Shown: piece after piece, positions 1 to 13,310 of the stretch | Position numbering within the stretch: the stretch's first letter is position 1 | How the letters are laid out: each line of letters opens with the position of its first letter | Assembly (NCBI GenBank): GCA_034780895.1 | Contig: JAUZTB010000033.1 | Coordinates: 35,458,918-35,522,917, forward strand | Origin: Rhynchobatus australiae | Lineage: Eukaryota | Length of the DNA stretch: 64,000 nt | Direction of reading: 5' to 3' | Notes under the pieces: generated by a model | The model's database searches: none | Told to the model about the DNA's origin: nothing | Seen by the model: only the letters and a program-made list of their open reading frames with translations | Position numbers and translations under genes: made by a program

Positions 1-699
1 TCCATTGATACAAAACAACCTCTGGTCCCCCATCCAAATGATAATTTTTCATGAACATTGATCACTAGAAGATATTTAATCATGTGAATCATGCAGTGCC
101 CAGTGTTGTCATCCCCTTTATGAAATTCTAGTAATTTGTTGATATCAGTATGGCCTATTTTCACATCTGTAACTTAGCAGCAAAAAGGCCAATTGTTGTA
201 TCTGTATCACCAGATAAAATCAAGTGACTCCTGATCTACATCACTCTGGGCAGTGTACTTACCAGCTGAACCTATGGGAGAATTCAATAATGGGTTGTGT
301 GAGTTATTGGTCTCAAGTTGAAGCCGAGACATTGGTGCTCAAATTACCTGGAAGACCACTGTTACGATTCAGGCTGACCAATTTTTGTTTTCTTGTAGTC
401 ATGATAAAGTGCATTTTGAATTAACCATATTCTCTGTAAAGTAAAATTTATAGCTTGAAGCATTGTCATGCTTGGAAACATGGTACCAAAGCTAACAATA
501 GTTCTGCTGAACCATACACTTAATGCTGTCAGGAACAATTAAAATGAAAACAACAAAATATATTTGAATATTTGGAATTATTTTCAGAATTCTCTTACTA
601 ATTCGTTAATCATTTATTTAGTTAAGTTCTGTGCATATCTTGAGATTGTGCTGAATTGCTCTAACAGCAAGGGTACATTTTCTATGCTTTTTTGAACTG

Positions 700-1085
700 T
701 TGCAATCTGTAAGTTGAAGGTACTTCTGCAGTGTTATTAAGTAGGGAGTTCCAGGATTTTCATCAAACACTAATGAAGATATGCCAATATTTTTTGATCT
801 AAACTAGAACCTTCAGCAGTGATTTTTCTCATTTGTTTGCTGCCTGACTAGGAAGTAAAGGTTCCAGGCATAGGAGCTCCTTTCAAAGGAACCTTGGTAA
901 GTTGCTGCAATGCACTTTGTAGATGCTTCAGTCAAGGAGGCTGTTTTCCCCTAGACGATGTGGAGCTTTTTGAATATTGTTAGTCTTGTATTTATTCAGG
1001 CAAGTGCAAGATATTCCATCACACTCCTGCATTGTTCCTTGTGGAGAAATTAAAGCTTTTAGGAGTTAGGAGTTGAATCACTTAT
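700..1085 (-). mobile_element. Degraded CR1/L2-group LINE 3' fragment
   Basis: gtagggagttccaggatttt...ccttggtaagttgctgcaatgcactttgtagatg is the reverse complement of the family seen on + at 13020-13260 (catctacaaaatgcactgcagcaactcactaagg). Confidence 0.6.
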
Positions 1086-3262
1086 CAAATATCCAATTGG
1101 TATTTTGCAAGCCAGGGAGAAAGGGTGGTTCAGTGAGACTGACAGAATTGCTCTACTAGGAGCTAGCAAAGACTTCATGGGCCAAATTTGTAACGTCACT
1201 ACTGTCAAGTAGTGTGGTGGGAACATAGTAATTTCTCTGAAAAATAGATTGAGATGCTGACGTNNNNNNNNNNNNNNNNNNNNNNNNNNNNNNNNNNNNN
1301 NNNNNNNNNNNNNNNNNNNNNNNNNNNNNNNNNNNNNNNNNNNNNNNNNNNATCTACAGTGTAATGGAAAGTTTGTGGGCAGTTTTTAGCAGATTAGGTA
1401 ATATTTCAGGTAAATATTCATCGTACATAATTGTATCATACAATGATTGTTATTGCAGTGTGATAAGATATAGAGGTTTAAAACATTCTGAATGTTCTAA
1501 CAAGGTGGTGCATTAATTATTTAAAATGAAGATAATTATTTTTGTATTTATATTTGTAGGTAGAAAACATCACCATACATATGGTGAATGTAAGTTAATG
1601 TTGAGTTTCATGGATCTACCACACATGCATTGTCTGTGGCACACTTAATTGGTTTAACTATCATACTCATGAAATAGCAAATAAAGCAAATGAATAATTA
1701 GGGAATAGATCAATGACCGAACCACATCTTAAAAATAGCTTTAACAAGCAAGAAAGCCAATCTTTCTTTACTGGTTTTATCTGACAATCTGACCTTTGCC
1801 CAAAGAGAGGAGTCCTATAAGCATCAGTCAATCTGCATTGGATCAAAAGGTTCTGACTCAAACATAGCTTGTTGCATGATTTGTTCCTTGTGAACAATAT
1901 AAGAACCAAATGCCATGTAAAAGTCTCCAACTGGAGCATTGATTATATCTTCTATGTTCCTTATATTTATTCTTATATGTTGCCCTTTTGCCCACACTGT
2001 GAGGGATCACAGCCTCTGTACATTGTGCAGCTTAGTACAAGATGCTGCAGTCTGTTGTCTCTATTGCTCACAGAGGCAATGGCCCTGTCACGTTGCACAA
2101 CAGCCCCTTCACAATCCTGACTTCTCCAGAATTTCCCCATCCTGTTTGATTACCCCACTTTCTTTATGTTTTCCACATTCCCTTTCTGTTTCCTGCCTTT
2201 ATCTTTGTTTTCTTTCATCTCCATGGGAAGGTCATTAGCTGCCGTAGAAAATATTCTTTAATGGCACTAACCACTTTTCAGCAATGCTGCTTGTAAAAGG
2301 GAGTACATTACAACAGTGATGCCCGGTTTGTCATATGGGGCAAAATGGGTGAAATCCAATTTCTAGGCTGAGTTGCTTTAAATGTCTAAAGCCTGTAAAC
2401 TATCCTACTTGCATGATACTCAGTAAAGCAGAGATTCTTCTAACCTTCAGCTCATTTGAGGATCTTTCAGTTTGCACTTGATCCCCATTTCCTTGTTTAC
2501 TCTCCAATAATTTGTTTCCATTTATATTATCTATGCATCTCAAAGCTTTAAGTAACCAGTTGACCTTGATTAATCTTTTTAAACTAGTACAAACAAGTTC
2601 AGATTGAATCAAAATTCATGATATAGAACTCTGTTCTTGCAGCCATTCCTTTGAGGTTTTTCTACTCATCATCACCCATTTTATGTTTGCTGATGAATTA
2701 TACACAATAGCTGCAGTTATCCTCTCTGGTTGAATTCTGGCCTGAATTTGGCATGTAAACTTGATTGTTGCCCTATTATCCAAGGTCATGTTGATTTGCA
2801 ATTTTGTTTTAGCAGGATCCAAGCAAAGTTCTTGTTTTTTGTTTCAGAGATCATTAGTATAGATTAGAACTTGTCTAAGAATGAAAAGGACTTAGAATGA
2901 AAGTCTCCNNNNNNNNNNNNNNNNNNNNNNNNNNNNNNNNNNNNNNNNNNNNNNNNNNNNNNNNNNNNNNNNNNNNNNNNNNNNNNNNNNNNNNNNNNNN
3001 NNNNNNNNNNNNNNNNNNNNNNNNNNNNTCGGACAATGTTGCCTTTTAATGTGCCCATCCACCAGCATCCCTGGAAGATAGCATTGCTAATGAATGTCTG
3101 ATGTATTCTTGTCATTAGGGAATCAATATAATCAATACTGGGCAGCTTCTAACATGGCCCAGCAATCAGCTTGGTCAGACTAGCTCCAAATAATGAAGAT
3201 GCCAGTATCATGTTAGAACTACTATGCTAGCAATCTGTGGGCATCTTGAATCAGTACTTGAT

Positions 3263-3450
3263 ACTTACAGTATTTATCTACCCACACTGCACTTTCCCTG
3301 TAACTGTAACACTATATTCTGCATTCTGTCATTGTTTTTCTTTTTTGTACTTCCTCGATGTATTTATGTTTTGGATTGATCTGTCTGGATAGCACGCAAA
3401 ACAAAGCTTTTCACTGTATCTTGGTATATGTGACAATAAACCAATTAATA
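3263..3450 (+). mobile_element. Rex1/Babar-type LINE 3' UTR fragment
   Basis: gcaaaacaaagcttttcactgtatcttggtatatgtgacaataaacc matches the 3' termini of the longer copies at 41723-42680 and 61056-61779. Confidence 0.75.
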
Positions 3451-3544
3451 ATAACTAAAGGCTGAAACACTGTAATTTCGGAATGCTGCTTCTCAGGACA
3501 GAAGTATATGCCAAGCTTCTAATCTGCCCTGAAGAGAAGCTTGC

Positions 3545-3835
3545 CCAAACTAGCACATGAGCTACAGTCCTTACCATATTTTCCCGCACAGCCCCATTTC
3601 TCTTGACTTCCTTAATATCCAAAATTTCTATCATGTTGATTTTTATTTTGCATATTGTCAGTGACTAAGCCACCACAGCCCTGTTGGGTAGAGGGTTCCA
3701 AACATTCATCATTCTCTTGGTAAAGACAACCCCTGAATTTGAGTCTGTGACTTATGGTTCTAGACACCACAGGACAAACATCCTTGTACTTTCTTTGTCT
3801 GGCCTCATGAGAATTTTGTACATTTCAGTGAGATC
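3545..3835 (-). mobile_element. Degraded CR1 3' fragment
   Basis: ccacagccctgttgggtagagggttccaaacattcatc...cctcatgagaattttgtacatttcagtgagatc resembles the reverse complement of the CR1 ORF2 C-terminus. Confidence 0.55.
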
Positions 3836-4789
3836 NNNNNNNNNNNNNNNNNNNNNNNNNNNNNNNNNNNNNNNNNNNNNNNNNNNNNNNNNNNNNNNNN
3901 NNNNNNNNNNNNNNNNNNNNNNNNNNNNNNNNNNNNNNNNNNNNNNNNNNNNNNNNNNNNNNNNNNNNNNNNNNNNNNNNNNNNNNNNNNNNNNNNNTTT
4001 TAGAAAGTAATTTTTTAAAGTTTATTTTAATAGGTTTTTTTAAAATACTGTTTTTATTTTTTGAATAGTTCTTGGATTCTACCCATTTCATCAACTCATA
4101 AAGTTCTCCCAATTGTCTTTCATCCTCCCCAAATTTAAAAGCTTGTAACTTATAATTCTTCCATATACTCTCTCTGAAGCAAATTGATTAGCTCAAATTG
4201 ATTTAGTGAAACTGGAAGAAAATCACAATGTTGCATCCCTTTGCTGGACAATACAGGTAAATAGCTAAATGCTGTGGAGGTGGAATAATACGAGGCATTG
4301 GTTAACAGTGACTGGATAAAACTCTGTATTAGGGCGGCACAACACGGTGGGCCGAAGGGCCTGTATTGTGCTATATTGTTCTAAGTCTGAGCCAAAAGGG
4401 ATGAAAGGAAAGGACCGTTGACTCTTCAGCTGAAAAAGTGTATAGCACAAGACATCATCATGGTAAAGGTATTTACTCTTCAAATAGGAACAGCCTCCTG
4501 AACTTTAGCAGTTCATTGCAATTTAACATACCTGCCTGAGCTCTTTAAAGACACTGCACTTGTAATATATGCAACCCTGTAGGTTCATAGTACAGTAATA
4601 TGCAGAGAGTAGTTTTCAGGAAACACACAGAGCTCAGAATGTGTGGCTGGTTTAATCAAGGTTCTTCTTAGATTGTTAAGTTAAAGACACAGAACAAAAG
4701 AACATGACTGAACATAAGAGGAGGAAATCAATATTGTTACTGGTAAGAGGGCCAAAGACATGCAAGACATTGGTGAATCAATTATCATC

Positions 4790-5900
4790 ATGTAGTACTG
4801 ATGAGGATCCATATGAGGGGAAAGTGTAAACCTTGAGGCAACTTCTTAATCTGACAGTTCTGGTGATTTTTGCGAGCTACAAGCTTGGCACGTATGAACA
4901 AGGAACAGAGGAAATTGTTGTTGAACACCTGGTTGGCTTACAGACCCTGGCAAAGAGCTCCAATTTCCAGACCTTTTGACATTGGTCATTTTAGTTTGTG
5001 GACTGACTGATGAGAGAGATCAGATGAAACTTTTTGATATGGAGAACTTAACATTTGAAGGTGGCCATCACTTTGAAAATAATCCTTTAAATGTGAAGCA
5101 GTTTTGTTTGTGGTGCAGTTCCAGTGTTTTGGGCAAGCAGATAAAGATGGTACTTCTGGACCATCCTTTGTCAGATCTGGTATGCTCTAATTAGTATTGC
5201 ACATCAAACAGAATACTACAGCAGATCCACTGTCATGTGTCTTGTGAGGAGTCAACAACTAACCTAGAACAGGACATTTTTTAGTTTCACAGTGTTGATG
5301 ATTTTCTGGAGACAGTTGATAAGCTTCTCAGGGCCACCTATAAAGATGCTCCTTTGAGGCAGCTGTAATAACAGGACTCATTAGAAAAGGGTGAACTGGA
5401 GATGGGAATGAGTAAGGAGCACTGTATGAAATGTCAGTGATGGACAGTTCCCTAAAATGAATCCACAGAGTGGTGATTGCAAGGGCACTACAAGTATGTA
5501 TATGGAAGGAAGTTCACATTCAGCACATGGCAATTGTTTGTGGTGGCCAGATACAATTGGTACTGGCCTGGGATGGATCAGCGCATTTTAGATCTGGTCA
5601 TGTCCAACTGGGGTGTCAGGACTGAACTACAGCTGCCCACTGCTCTATTGCAAACATGGAGGTGGCAAGCTTATTCCTTCCAGAGGGCAGATGTTGACTT
5701 TTTTCTGGCTGGGGACATTGTATCTCCTCTTGCTCACTAATAGTCTTCAAAGGGTTTGAAAGAGTTCCTGAGGTCTATTTTTACAATCTGTGCTCTCCCT
5801 AAGAACTAGTTTCCAACAGTAACCTGCAGATTGGACTGCCTGTTTGTCACTTTCCTTCACTCTAATGTACTCCTGCTGAAAATGGTGAAGACAACAATGA
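4790..5900 (+). mobile_element. Ty3/Gypsy (K02A2.6/Mag-like) LTR-retrotransposon internal fossil
   Basis: Peptides LVCGLTDERDQMKLFDMENLTFE (Gag), HYKYVYGRKFT (RNase H), ARYNWYWPGMDQRILDLV and LLQTWRW..FQRADVDF (integrase N-terminus). Confidence 0.75.
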
Positions 5901-6183
5901 TGAGAGGTCTAGGCAATCCATGAGTCACTGACTGGCTTTATTTATTTTTATATATTCCCTGGCTGAAATGTGTTTGTGTGTCAGTTATTGCAGACTGGCT
6001 GAGCTTGGGGCTGCTTAACTTGAAAGAACAAGTGGAGAAGAAGAGCTAGAGTATGACTCAAGTCACAGTGTTGGGAGAGATGGTTTCAAATGGAAGTTCT
6101 GTAAGCACCAGGTCATTGAAAGTTGTTAAAATGAATATTGAACATTGAAACAGAATACTACTAGGGTAGCCTCACCAGAATAC

Positions 6184-7530
6184 TCTGGTGAGGCTAACCC
6201 TGAGTACTGAGCACAATGTTGGTCTCCTTATTTAAGAAGGGATATACTGACATTGGAGACAATCCAAAAGAGATTCATGTGGTTAATAGAGAAACAAAGG
6301 ACTGCAGATGCTGGAATCTAGCTGAAAAACATGATGATGCTGGAGGAACTCAGCAGGCCAGGTGGCATCCGTGGAGAAAAACAGGCAGTCAATGTTTTGG
6401 NNNNNNNNNNNNNNNNNNNNNNNNNNNNNNNNNNNNNNNNNNNNNNNNNNNNNNNNNNNNNNNNNNNNNNNNNNNNNNNNNNNNNNNNNNNNNNNNNNNN
6501 NNNNNNNNNNNNNNNNNNNNNNNNNNNNNNNNNNNNNNNNNNNNNNNNNNNNNNNNNNNNNNNNNNNNNNNNNNNNNNNNNNNNNNNNNNNNNNNNNNNN
6601 NNNNNNNNNNNNNNNNNNNNNNNNNNNNNNNNNNNNNNNNNNNNNNNNNNNNNNNNNNNNNNNNNNNNNNNNNNNNNNNNNNNNNNNNNNNNNNNNNNNN
6701 NNNNNNNNNNNNNNNNNNNNNNNNNNNNNNNNNNNNNNNNNNNNNNNNNNNNNNNNNNNNNNNNNNNNNNNNNNNNNNNNNNNNNNNNNNNNNNNNNNNN
6801 NNNNNNNNNNNNNNNNNNNNNNNNNNNNNNNNNNNNNNNNNNNNNNNNNNNNNNNNNNNNNNNNNNNNNNNNNNNNNNNNNNNNNNNNNNNNNNNNNNNN
6901 NNNNNNNNNNNNNNNNNNNNNNNNNNNNNNNNNNNNNNNNNNNNNNNNNNNNNNNNNNNNNNNNNNNNNNNNNNNNNNNNNNNNNNNNNNNNNNNNNNNN
7001 NNNNNNNNNNNNNNNNNNNNNNNNNNNNNNNNNNNNNNNNNNNNNNNNNNNNNNNNNNNNNNNNNNNNNNNNNNNNNNNNNNNNNNNNNNNNNNNNNNNN
7101 NNNNNNNNNNNNNNNNNNNNNNNNNNNNNNNNNNNNNNNNNNNNNNNNNNNNNNNNNNNNNNNNNNNNNNNNNNNNNNNNNNNNNNNNNNNNNNNNNNNN
7201 NNNNNNNNNNNNNNNNNNNNNNNNNNNNNNNNNNNNNNNNNNNNNNNNNTCCCCCGGTGGATCTGCTCTCCCCTTCTCCCCCGCACTTGCTTTTCCCTCC
7301 TATATATTTTGGGCTTCCCCTTTTCCTATCTTCGAGGGGACATAGTTACAAGATTAGAGAGAGTGGTCATTTAAAACTGAGGTGCGCAGGAAATTATTCC
7401 CACAGAGAGTTTTGAATCTCTGGAATTCTCTAACCCAGACACTGAATTTTTGGGGTATTTAAAGAGGAAGGTTCAATTTTTGAAGTAGCAGGGAGTTGAG
7501 AGGTATGGAGAACTGGCATACATGTTGAAG
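6184..7530 (+). mobile_element. CR1 3' fragment (6184-6288 and 7331-7530) interrupted by a Penelope-derived insertion and a gap
   Basis: Left piece tggtctccttatttaagaagggatatac (WSPYLRRDI); right piece ggggacatagttacaag...gaatctctggaattctct (CR1 C-terminus). Confidence 0.7.
6289..7330. mobile_element. Penelope-derived short element, mostly in an N gap
   Basis: gagaaacaaaggactgcagatgctggaatctag...ctggaggaactcagcaggccagg is nearly identical to 26404-26500; pyrimidine-rich pLTR-like sequence lies right of the gap. Confidence 0.65.
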
Positions 7531-8154
7531 GTGGAAGTTGGGCATTCAGCTCTCTAAATTTATGCATTGGAAAGTAAGTGGCACAGAGACGGAAATAATA
7601 ACATAATTACAACAAATAGTAGAGTGAATTGTTTAAAGTGTTTATCAAGGTAGGAAGACAAAAATTGACTGGGAGAGGAAAGTAAATAATGGTGTGATAG
7701 ATATAGTAATCTCATTATATAGAATATAGGAGATAGATGTATTTTGTTTTACAAAGTGTATGCTCCTTGATATATTGTACTCCCAAATATTTAGATCCTT
7801 GTGGCTGTAAATTTCATTACAGTCAAGAATATTCAAAAAAAAGGTGTATTCCAGAGGCCAATCACTATCTCTTACCTGCATCTACCTATCACCACCTTGT
7901 GCCCACACCGCCTTCCCTCTTTTGTCTGCCTATTACTGCTCTGCTTGAAACCAAGCTAAATGTCAACAACCAGAATACTGATGAGTAAGTACACTCCACA
8001 GCATCCCCAGTACTTAGCTGATGACTGATGGAATTTAACTGCCTGGTCGGGATTTGTTGTGCATATGGGGACTGGACATATTTGACAAATTTTCATTTTC
8101 CTGGATAATTGCCAAATATGCCCAGTCCACACATGGGTGTACTGAAACGAAGGG

Positions 8155-8255
8155 TTCTGACAAAGTGACACAGACCCAAAATGTTGACTGTTTCTCTTTC
8201 CAGAGATGCCGCCTGATTTGCTGAGGTTTTCCAGCATTTTTAGTTGTTGTTTATG
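8155..8255 (+). mobile_element. Penelope-derived single-arm element with decayed hammerhead core
   Basis: ctgacaaag...gacccaaaatgttgactgtttctctttccagagatgccgcctgatttgctgaggttttccagcatt. Confidence 0.65.
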
Positions 8256-9289
8256 GACTGAAACAACTTTGCTATAATTCTGTGGAGAACATATTTTCCA
8301 CAATACAGCCTGGAGGTTGATGGTGCTCATCATCTTTACAGTATCCAGTACCCTTATGAGGAATGAATCAAATTGTCGAAGATTGCTTTCGTGGATGGTG
8401 GGGATCTCAGAAGGAAATTGAAGGGCTCTACACAATCAACATCAGAGGTTGGAATGAGATAACAGCAGAAGGATATTAGAGGAGATGTCTGCTCATTGAA
8501 AAATAGACACTAAGATTATCCTTACTGTCCAGGATAATCCTGGACCCACACATTCTGGTAGCCCAGTTCAGCTACACACATTATCATGTGACTTCATGTC
8601 TTGCTTCATCCCAAGCCGAACTTTAAACTTCACCCCTCTTAGCACAATTGTTGCTGCTGAATTCCTCACTGATGATATCATCACTCCTGCCTCAACCATA
8701 TTAGCATTGTGTTCACTCCAGAGTTTTAGTCTGCATAAACAACAAGGCTCCTTAAGATGCTGACTGTTCCTGGGTTATAGTTTCACAGGCACCACCTATA
8801 CTTTTTATGTGAAGGTTTTACTAGGTTTCCCCCCTCCCCCTTTTGCATGAATTCAGTCTTTGCCCTGACCTGACAAGCATTTATCTAAGCTATTGGTGTA
8901 TCAGATATAAAGAGTAATGAATACAAGGGAGGGAATCATAGATCTGAAAACAATGGAGGGCTTCAGATTAAGTTATTAACCAGTAGAGCAAATATTAAAC
9001 ACTTCTATGTCCAATATCTGCATTGAAATTCAATTAATGGATTCCACTTCCTCCTCACTGTATGCTGTTTGTTAAACATAACCCACTCCATTGAAGCATA
9101 AATGAGAGTTATTTTTTACTGTCAGTTCTCTTTCTTATCCTTTGAAAATGCTGATTCTGGATTGTAATTTCAGCAACATGAACAGTTGAAAGACCTCACG
9201 GCTGAACAGAATCCTCTCCTCACCCACTGTGACCAAAGCAAGCCCAACTGTACAGAAATCTAGAATAAAAACTCCCCAGCTAACCCAGT

Positions 9290-9580
9290 AATACTGAGGT
9301 CAGTTGAGGCAACTTCTCCATCACACTCACTGAAATCAACAGTACGGCATAAATGAGAGACTATCGTCACAGTCTGTCCTTAGTCTCTACAATCTAATGC
9401 AAAACCACATGGTGCACATAATACAAGCAATAGAGTGAATTTTAAAAGTAATATACCATAATTAAATTTAAACCCCATAACAATACCATATAATTGTCCC
9501 GAAGGCAGATAGAGTGAAATACCCCTCCCAACCCCATCTTTGAGTTGCCTCTGGAGAAATGCTACCTTGGCAGTGAGGCT
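9290..9580 (+). mobile_element. Possible ancient LF-SINE-like remnant
   Basis: Collinear blocks aaatgag..gtcacagtctgtccttagt..caaaaccac and agagtgaaatacccctccaacccc resemble the LF-SINE core as I recall it; highly diverged. Confidence 0.35.
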
Positions 9581-10446
9581 GATCCTCTAGCTTCTAGCTA
9601 TAACTATATCTTACACAATTCATCCTGATTGCGCTCAGATATCTCCTGATGTTATATGTTCAAACAGCAGTGGTGAGAGGTACAAGATTGTTTGGAAAAT
9701 TCTCAAATTTGGTATCATTTGAAAGTAATCCTGCTCATTCTGTACCCTCCCTATTTGTGATTGCACTGGGATGGTAAACTGCCAATGAGAGAAAATCTCA
9801 CCAATAATGATAGATTTGGCTCAGTTCCATATTTGGCTGTGTACTTACTGATCAAGTCATAAAGGGACTAATTTCATTGAGTTTCTAAAGCACTTGTNNN
9901 NNNNNNNNNNNNNNNNNNNNNNNNNNNNNNNNNNNNNNNNNNNNNNNNNNNNNNNNNNNNNNNNNNNNNNNNNNNNNNNNNNNNNNNNNNNNNNNNNNNN
10001 NNNNNNNNNNNNNNNNNNNNNNNNNNNNNNNNNNNNNNNNNNNNNNNNNNNNNNNNNNNNNNNNNNNNNNNNNNNNNNNNNNNNNNNNNNNNNNNNNNNN
10101 NNNNNNNNNNNNNNNNNNNNNNNNNNNNNNNNNNNNNNNNNNNNNNNNNNNNNNNNNNNNNNNNNNNNNNNNNNNNNNNNNNNNNNNNNNNNNNNNNNNN
10201 NNNNNNNNNNNNNNNNNNNNNNNNNNNNNNNNNNNNNNNNNNNNNNNNNNNNNNNNNNNNNNNNNNNNNNNNNNNNNNNNNNNNNNNNNNNNNNNNNNNN
10301 NNNNNNNNNNNNNNNNNNNNNNNNNNNNNNNNNNNNNNNNNNNNNNNNNNNNNNNNNNNNNNNNNNNNNNNNNNNNNNNNNNNNNNNNNNNNNNNNNNNN
10401 NNNNNNNNTGCAGTTTTTAAACCTGAGGGGTGAATGATTTCAAAGT

Positions 10447-10645
10447 CTAGAAATATTCAGCAGGTCATACAGCATCTACAGAAAGAGAAATAGAGTTAAC
10501 ATTTCAGGTCAATGTCTGATTAAAGACTCTTTGACCTTAAACATTAACTCTGTCACTCACTACAAATGTTGTCTGACTTGCAGAGTATTTCCAGCATTTT
10601 CTATTTTTGTTGCAGATTTACAGAATCTGCAATTTTTTGATTTTT
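10447..10645. mobile_element. Penelope-derived fold-back element
   Basis: Inverted arms gagttaacatttcaggtcaa / ttgaccttaaacattaactc and gaaatattcagcaggtca / tgacttgcagagtatttc. Confidence 0.7.
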
Positions 10646-10649
10646 ATCG

Positions 10650-10945
10650 GAGCTTTCAAGATGTTAGAAAAATTGATGGGACAGATAGAGAGAATAATTC
10701 TACTGTTTGAAATGGGGGCTTAGACTAAAAATTTAGAGCAAGCTTTGGAAGAGTCATAGCAGAGGATGATAGAAGTTTGGAATTATTTACTGCAAATGGA
10801 AATTAGTCCTGGGTTAATTCTTAAATCAAAGTTATTAAAGGATACAAGGTAGTTGCAGCTAATCTGGAGGAGGTCACTAACAAACCAAAATCTAACCAAA
10901 TGGTAGGACAGGTTCAAGGGACTAAATGGCCTGTTCCTGATCCCA
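10650..10945 (+). mobile_element. Degraded CR1 3' end
   Basis: Ends in the CR1-type tail ttcaagggactaaatggcctgttcctg. Confidence 0.55.
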
Positions 10946-12319
10946 TGTATAACAATATGAAACAAATGGATTGGGATTAAGTTGAAGAGCCCCTCATCAT
11001 TGATCAGTCTAACCACAAAAATAAAGGCATTTGAAGTTACCAAAAGGATTATTAACACCTTGCATGACAACACACTTCTAGATGAGGGGAGATGATAAGA
11101 CAACCGCGTGGAATTGAACAGATGCACTAAACATACACATATGGTTTTAAACAGAATAGACTGGATAATGCCTTTGACCCCCCAATGACTAGGGATCAGG
11201 TGACATCAAACAAATCACTTCCAGGTGGAAAATAATCCTTGCAAATAGTCCACTGATTTAGACAATGTTGGATTTAGGATATATTTACTACTTTGACAAA
11301 TCATTGTTGTCAAGGGCGATTAATGTAAAGTTCCATCAGTGGAGTAACTTTCACAGCAACTTTCCAACTACACTATAATCGTATTGAAAATATTTTTAAA
11401 CCATAACTCATTATGAGGAGCCAGCACCCTGTGATGTGAAGAGAGGCTTTCTATTAGACACAGGGCNNNNNNNNNNNNNNNNNNNNNNNNNNNNNNNNNN
11501 NNNNNNNNNNNNNNNNNNNNNNNNNNNNNNNNNNNNNNNNNNNNNNNNNNNNNNNNNNNNNNNNNNCACAGGGCTGTTTCTCCCAGTCCTTGACTATCTG
11601 ACACACCTTCTCGCTCTGAAAACACAAACCAGATGCCAGAAAAATTCAGTTTAATCAAGGGTGAGCCAGTTCAGAATGCCTTCTCCTAAATCTTTTCATA
11701 TAAATTATTTACAATGAATTTGCTGGATTCTATTCAAAAATGTCCCTTTAAAGGCCAAGCTACTTCAAACAAAACGTGTATTTTTAATGGTAATTTAATT
11801 TACAATTTACTGTCCTGACTGACAGAGAGACAGGGGCTCAAGTCTCACAGCTAGGGTATAATTTTCATTTGATTTCTTGTTGCTCTTGGTCTCATTTTTC
11901 TCCCCATTCTTCCCACATAACAGACAGATCCATGAACCCAAGAGTAATGTTGTCTCCAGTTTGCATGCCATTCCACTGAGCTCCATGTGGGAGCAATACT
12001 TCTGAACCACATTTTCTTTTAGCTAAGGTAGTATTTGGGCAGGTCACAGATTTAGCAGATTACACATCATTTCCACTGTGAAACTAACATGACTTCTAGT
12101 CATCTAAAGTATACCAAATTTATTCTTTTTAACTATCATCAATTTTTCTAGCAATTTTTTGATACATGTTAATTTTCTTCATATCCCTTTAAAACAAGAC
12201 TCGCATACTGGAAAGTTTCCTGGAAAACTGAAGACAGGGTCCATCACAGTTTATCCCATATACCAAGAGAAGCATCAGGAAATGAAGAGGAAAACCCTCC
12301 AATAGTTTGAGTTAAATCT

Positions 12320-13310
12320 GGTGCAAAGTAAGGTGCCTCTGCTCATTCATCTCAGTCCCCTGACATTACTGAAGGGGATTACAGGGTAGTCCTAATTCCA
12401 CTCCATGACAAGGTCAGAATTGTACTCATTTGCTGTAGATTCAACGAACTTCAATTCCTTTTGCAGCTCCTCAGATAATGAGGCTGCCCATTTTTGCACA
12501 TGTCAAGACCTGGATAACAAAAAAGACTATCATCAGCACATATGTCTGGACAATGACCATCTCCAGTAAAAGAGCATCCAATCACCAGCAAGCTTGACAT
12601 TCAACAGCAATATCATCACCAGATTCCCCACCATCAATATCCTGAGAATCACCATTGATTAGAAACTTGAATGGGCCAACCATACTAGTGCCATGGCTGC
12701 AAGAACAAACCAGAGTCTGGCTGACCTGCACGTCCAGAGTCAACANNNNNNNNNNNNNNNNNNNNNNNNNNNNNNNNNNNNNNNNNNNNNNNNNNNNNNN
12801 NNNNNNNNNNNNNNNNNNNNNNNNNNNNNNNNNNNNNNNNNNNNNCCAGAGTCAACAAAGCCTTCCTATCATCTGTGAGGAAAAGGTCAGTAGTGTGATG
12901 GAATACACTTGCCTGGATTAGTGTTTTTTTAATAAGCTCAACACCATTCTGTGCAAAGCGGCACACTTGATTATCACACTTCACTGCCTTAAACATTCAT
13001 TCCCTTCCCCACCAGTATATACCATCTACAAAATGCACTGCAGCAACTCACTAAGGGTTCTTCGACAGCATTTCCTAAACATGTAACCTCTGTCATCTAA
13101 AAGGACAAGGATGGAGGGTGCATGGGAATGCTATCACTTTCAAGTTCCCACATCATGCACCATCCACATTTGTTGTGGATATAATCTTTTCCTTTGTGCT
13201 CTGGTTCCTGTGTTCTGTTTACTATAGTCTGGTTGGAGTCTCCAAAGAGAGTATAACTGGATTCCCAGATCTCCACCACTGTGGTAGGTATTAAAAGGTA
13301 ATTTAATGGG
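12320..13310 (+). mobile_element. CR1/L2-group LINE RT and C-terminal fragment
   Basis: Decayed peptides QDLDN, MTISSKR and PTINILRITID*KLEWANH, followed by the 3' region shared with 700-1085, 49995-50240 and 63105-63210. Confidence 0.7.

Noticed and set aside
6216-7415. Long ORFs of 200-430 aa (also 34158-35523 and 52189-52941)
   Set aside because: They are open only because they run through N gaps.
7956-8435. 159-aa minus-strand ORF
   Set aside because: It reads through a Penelope-derived repeat; no coherent protein similarity.
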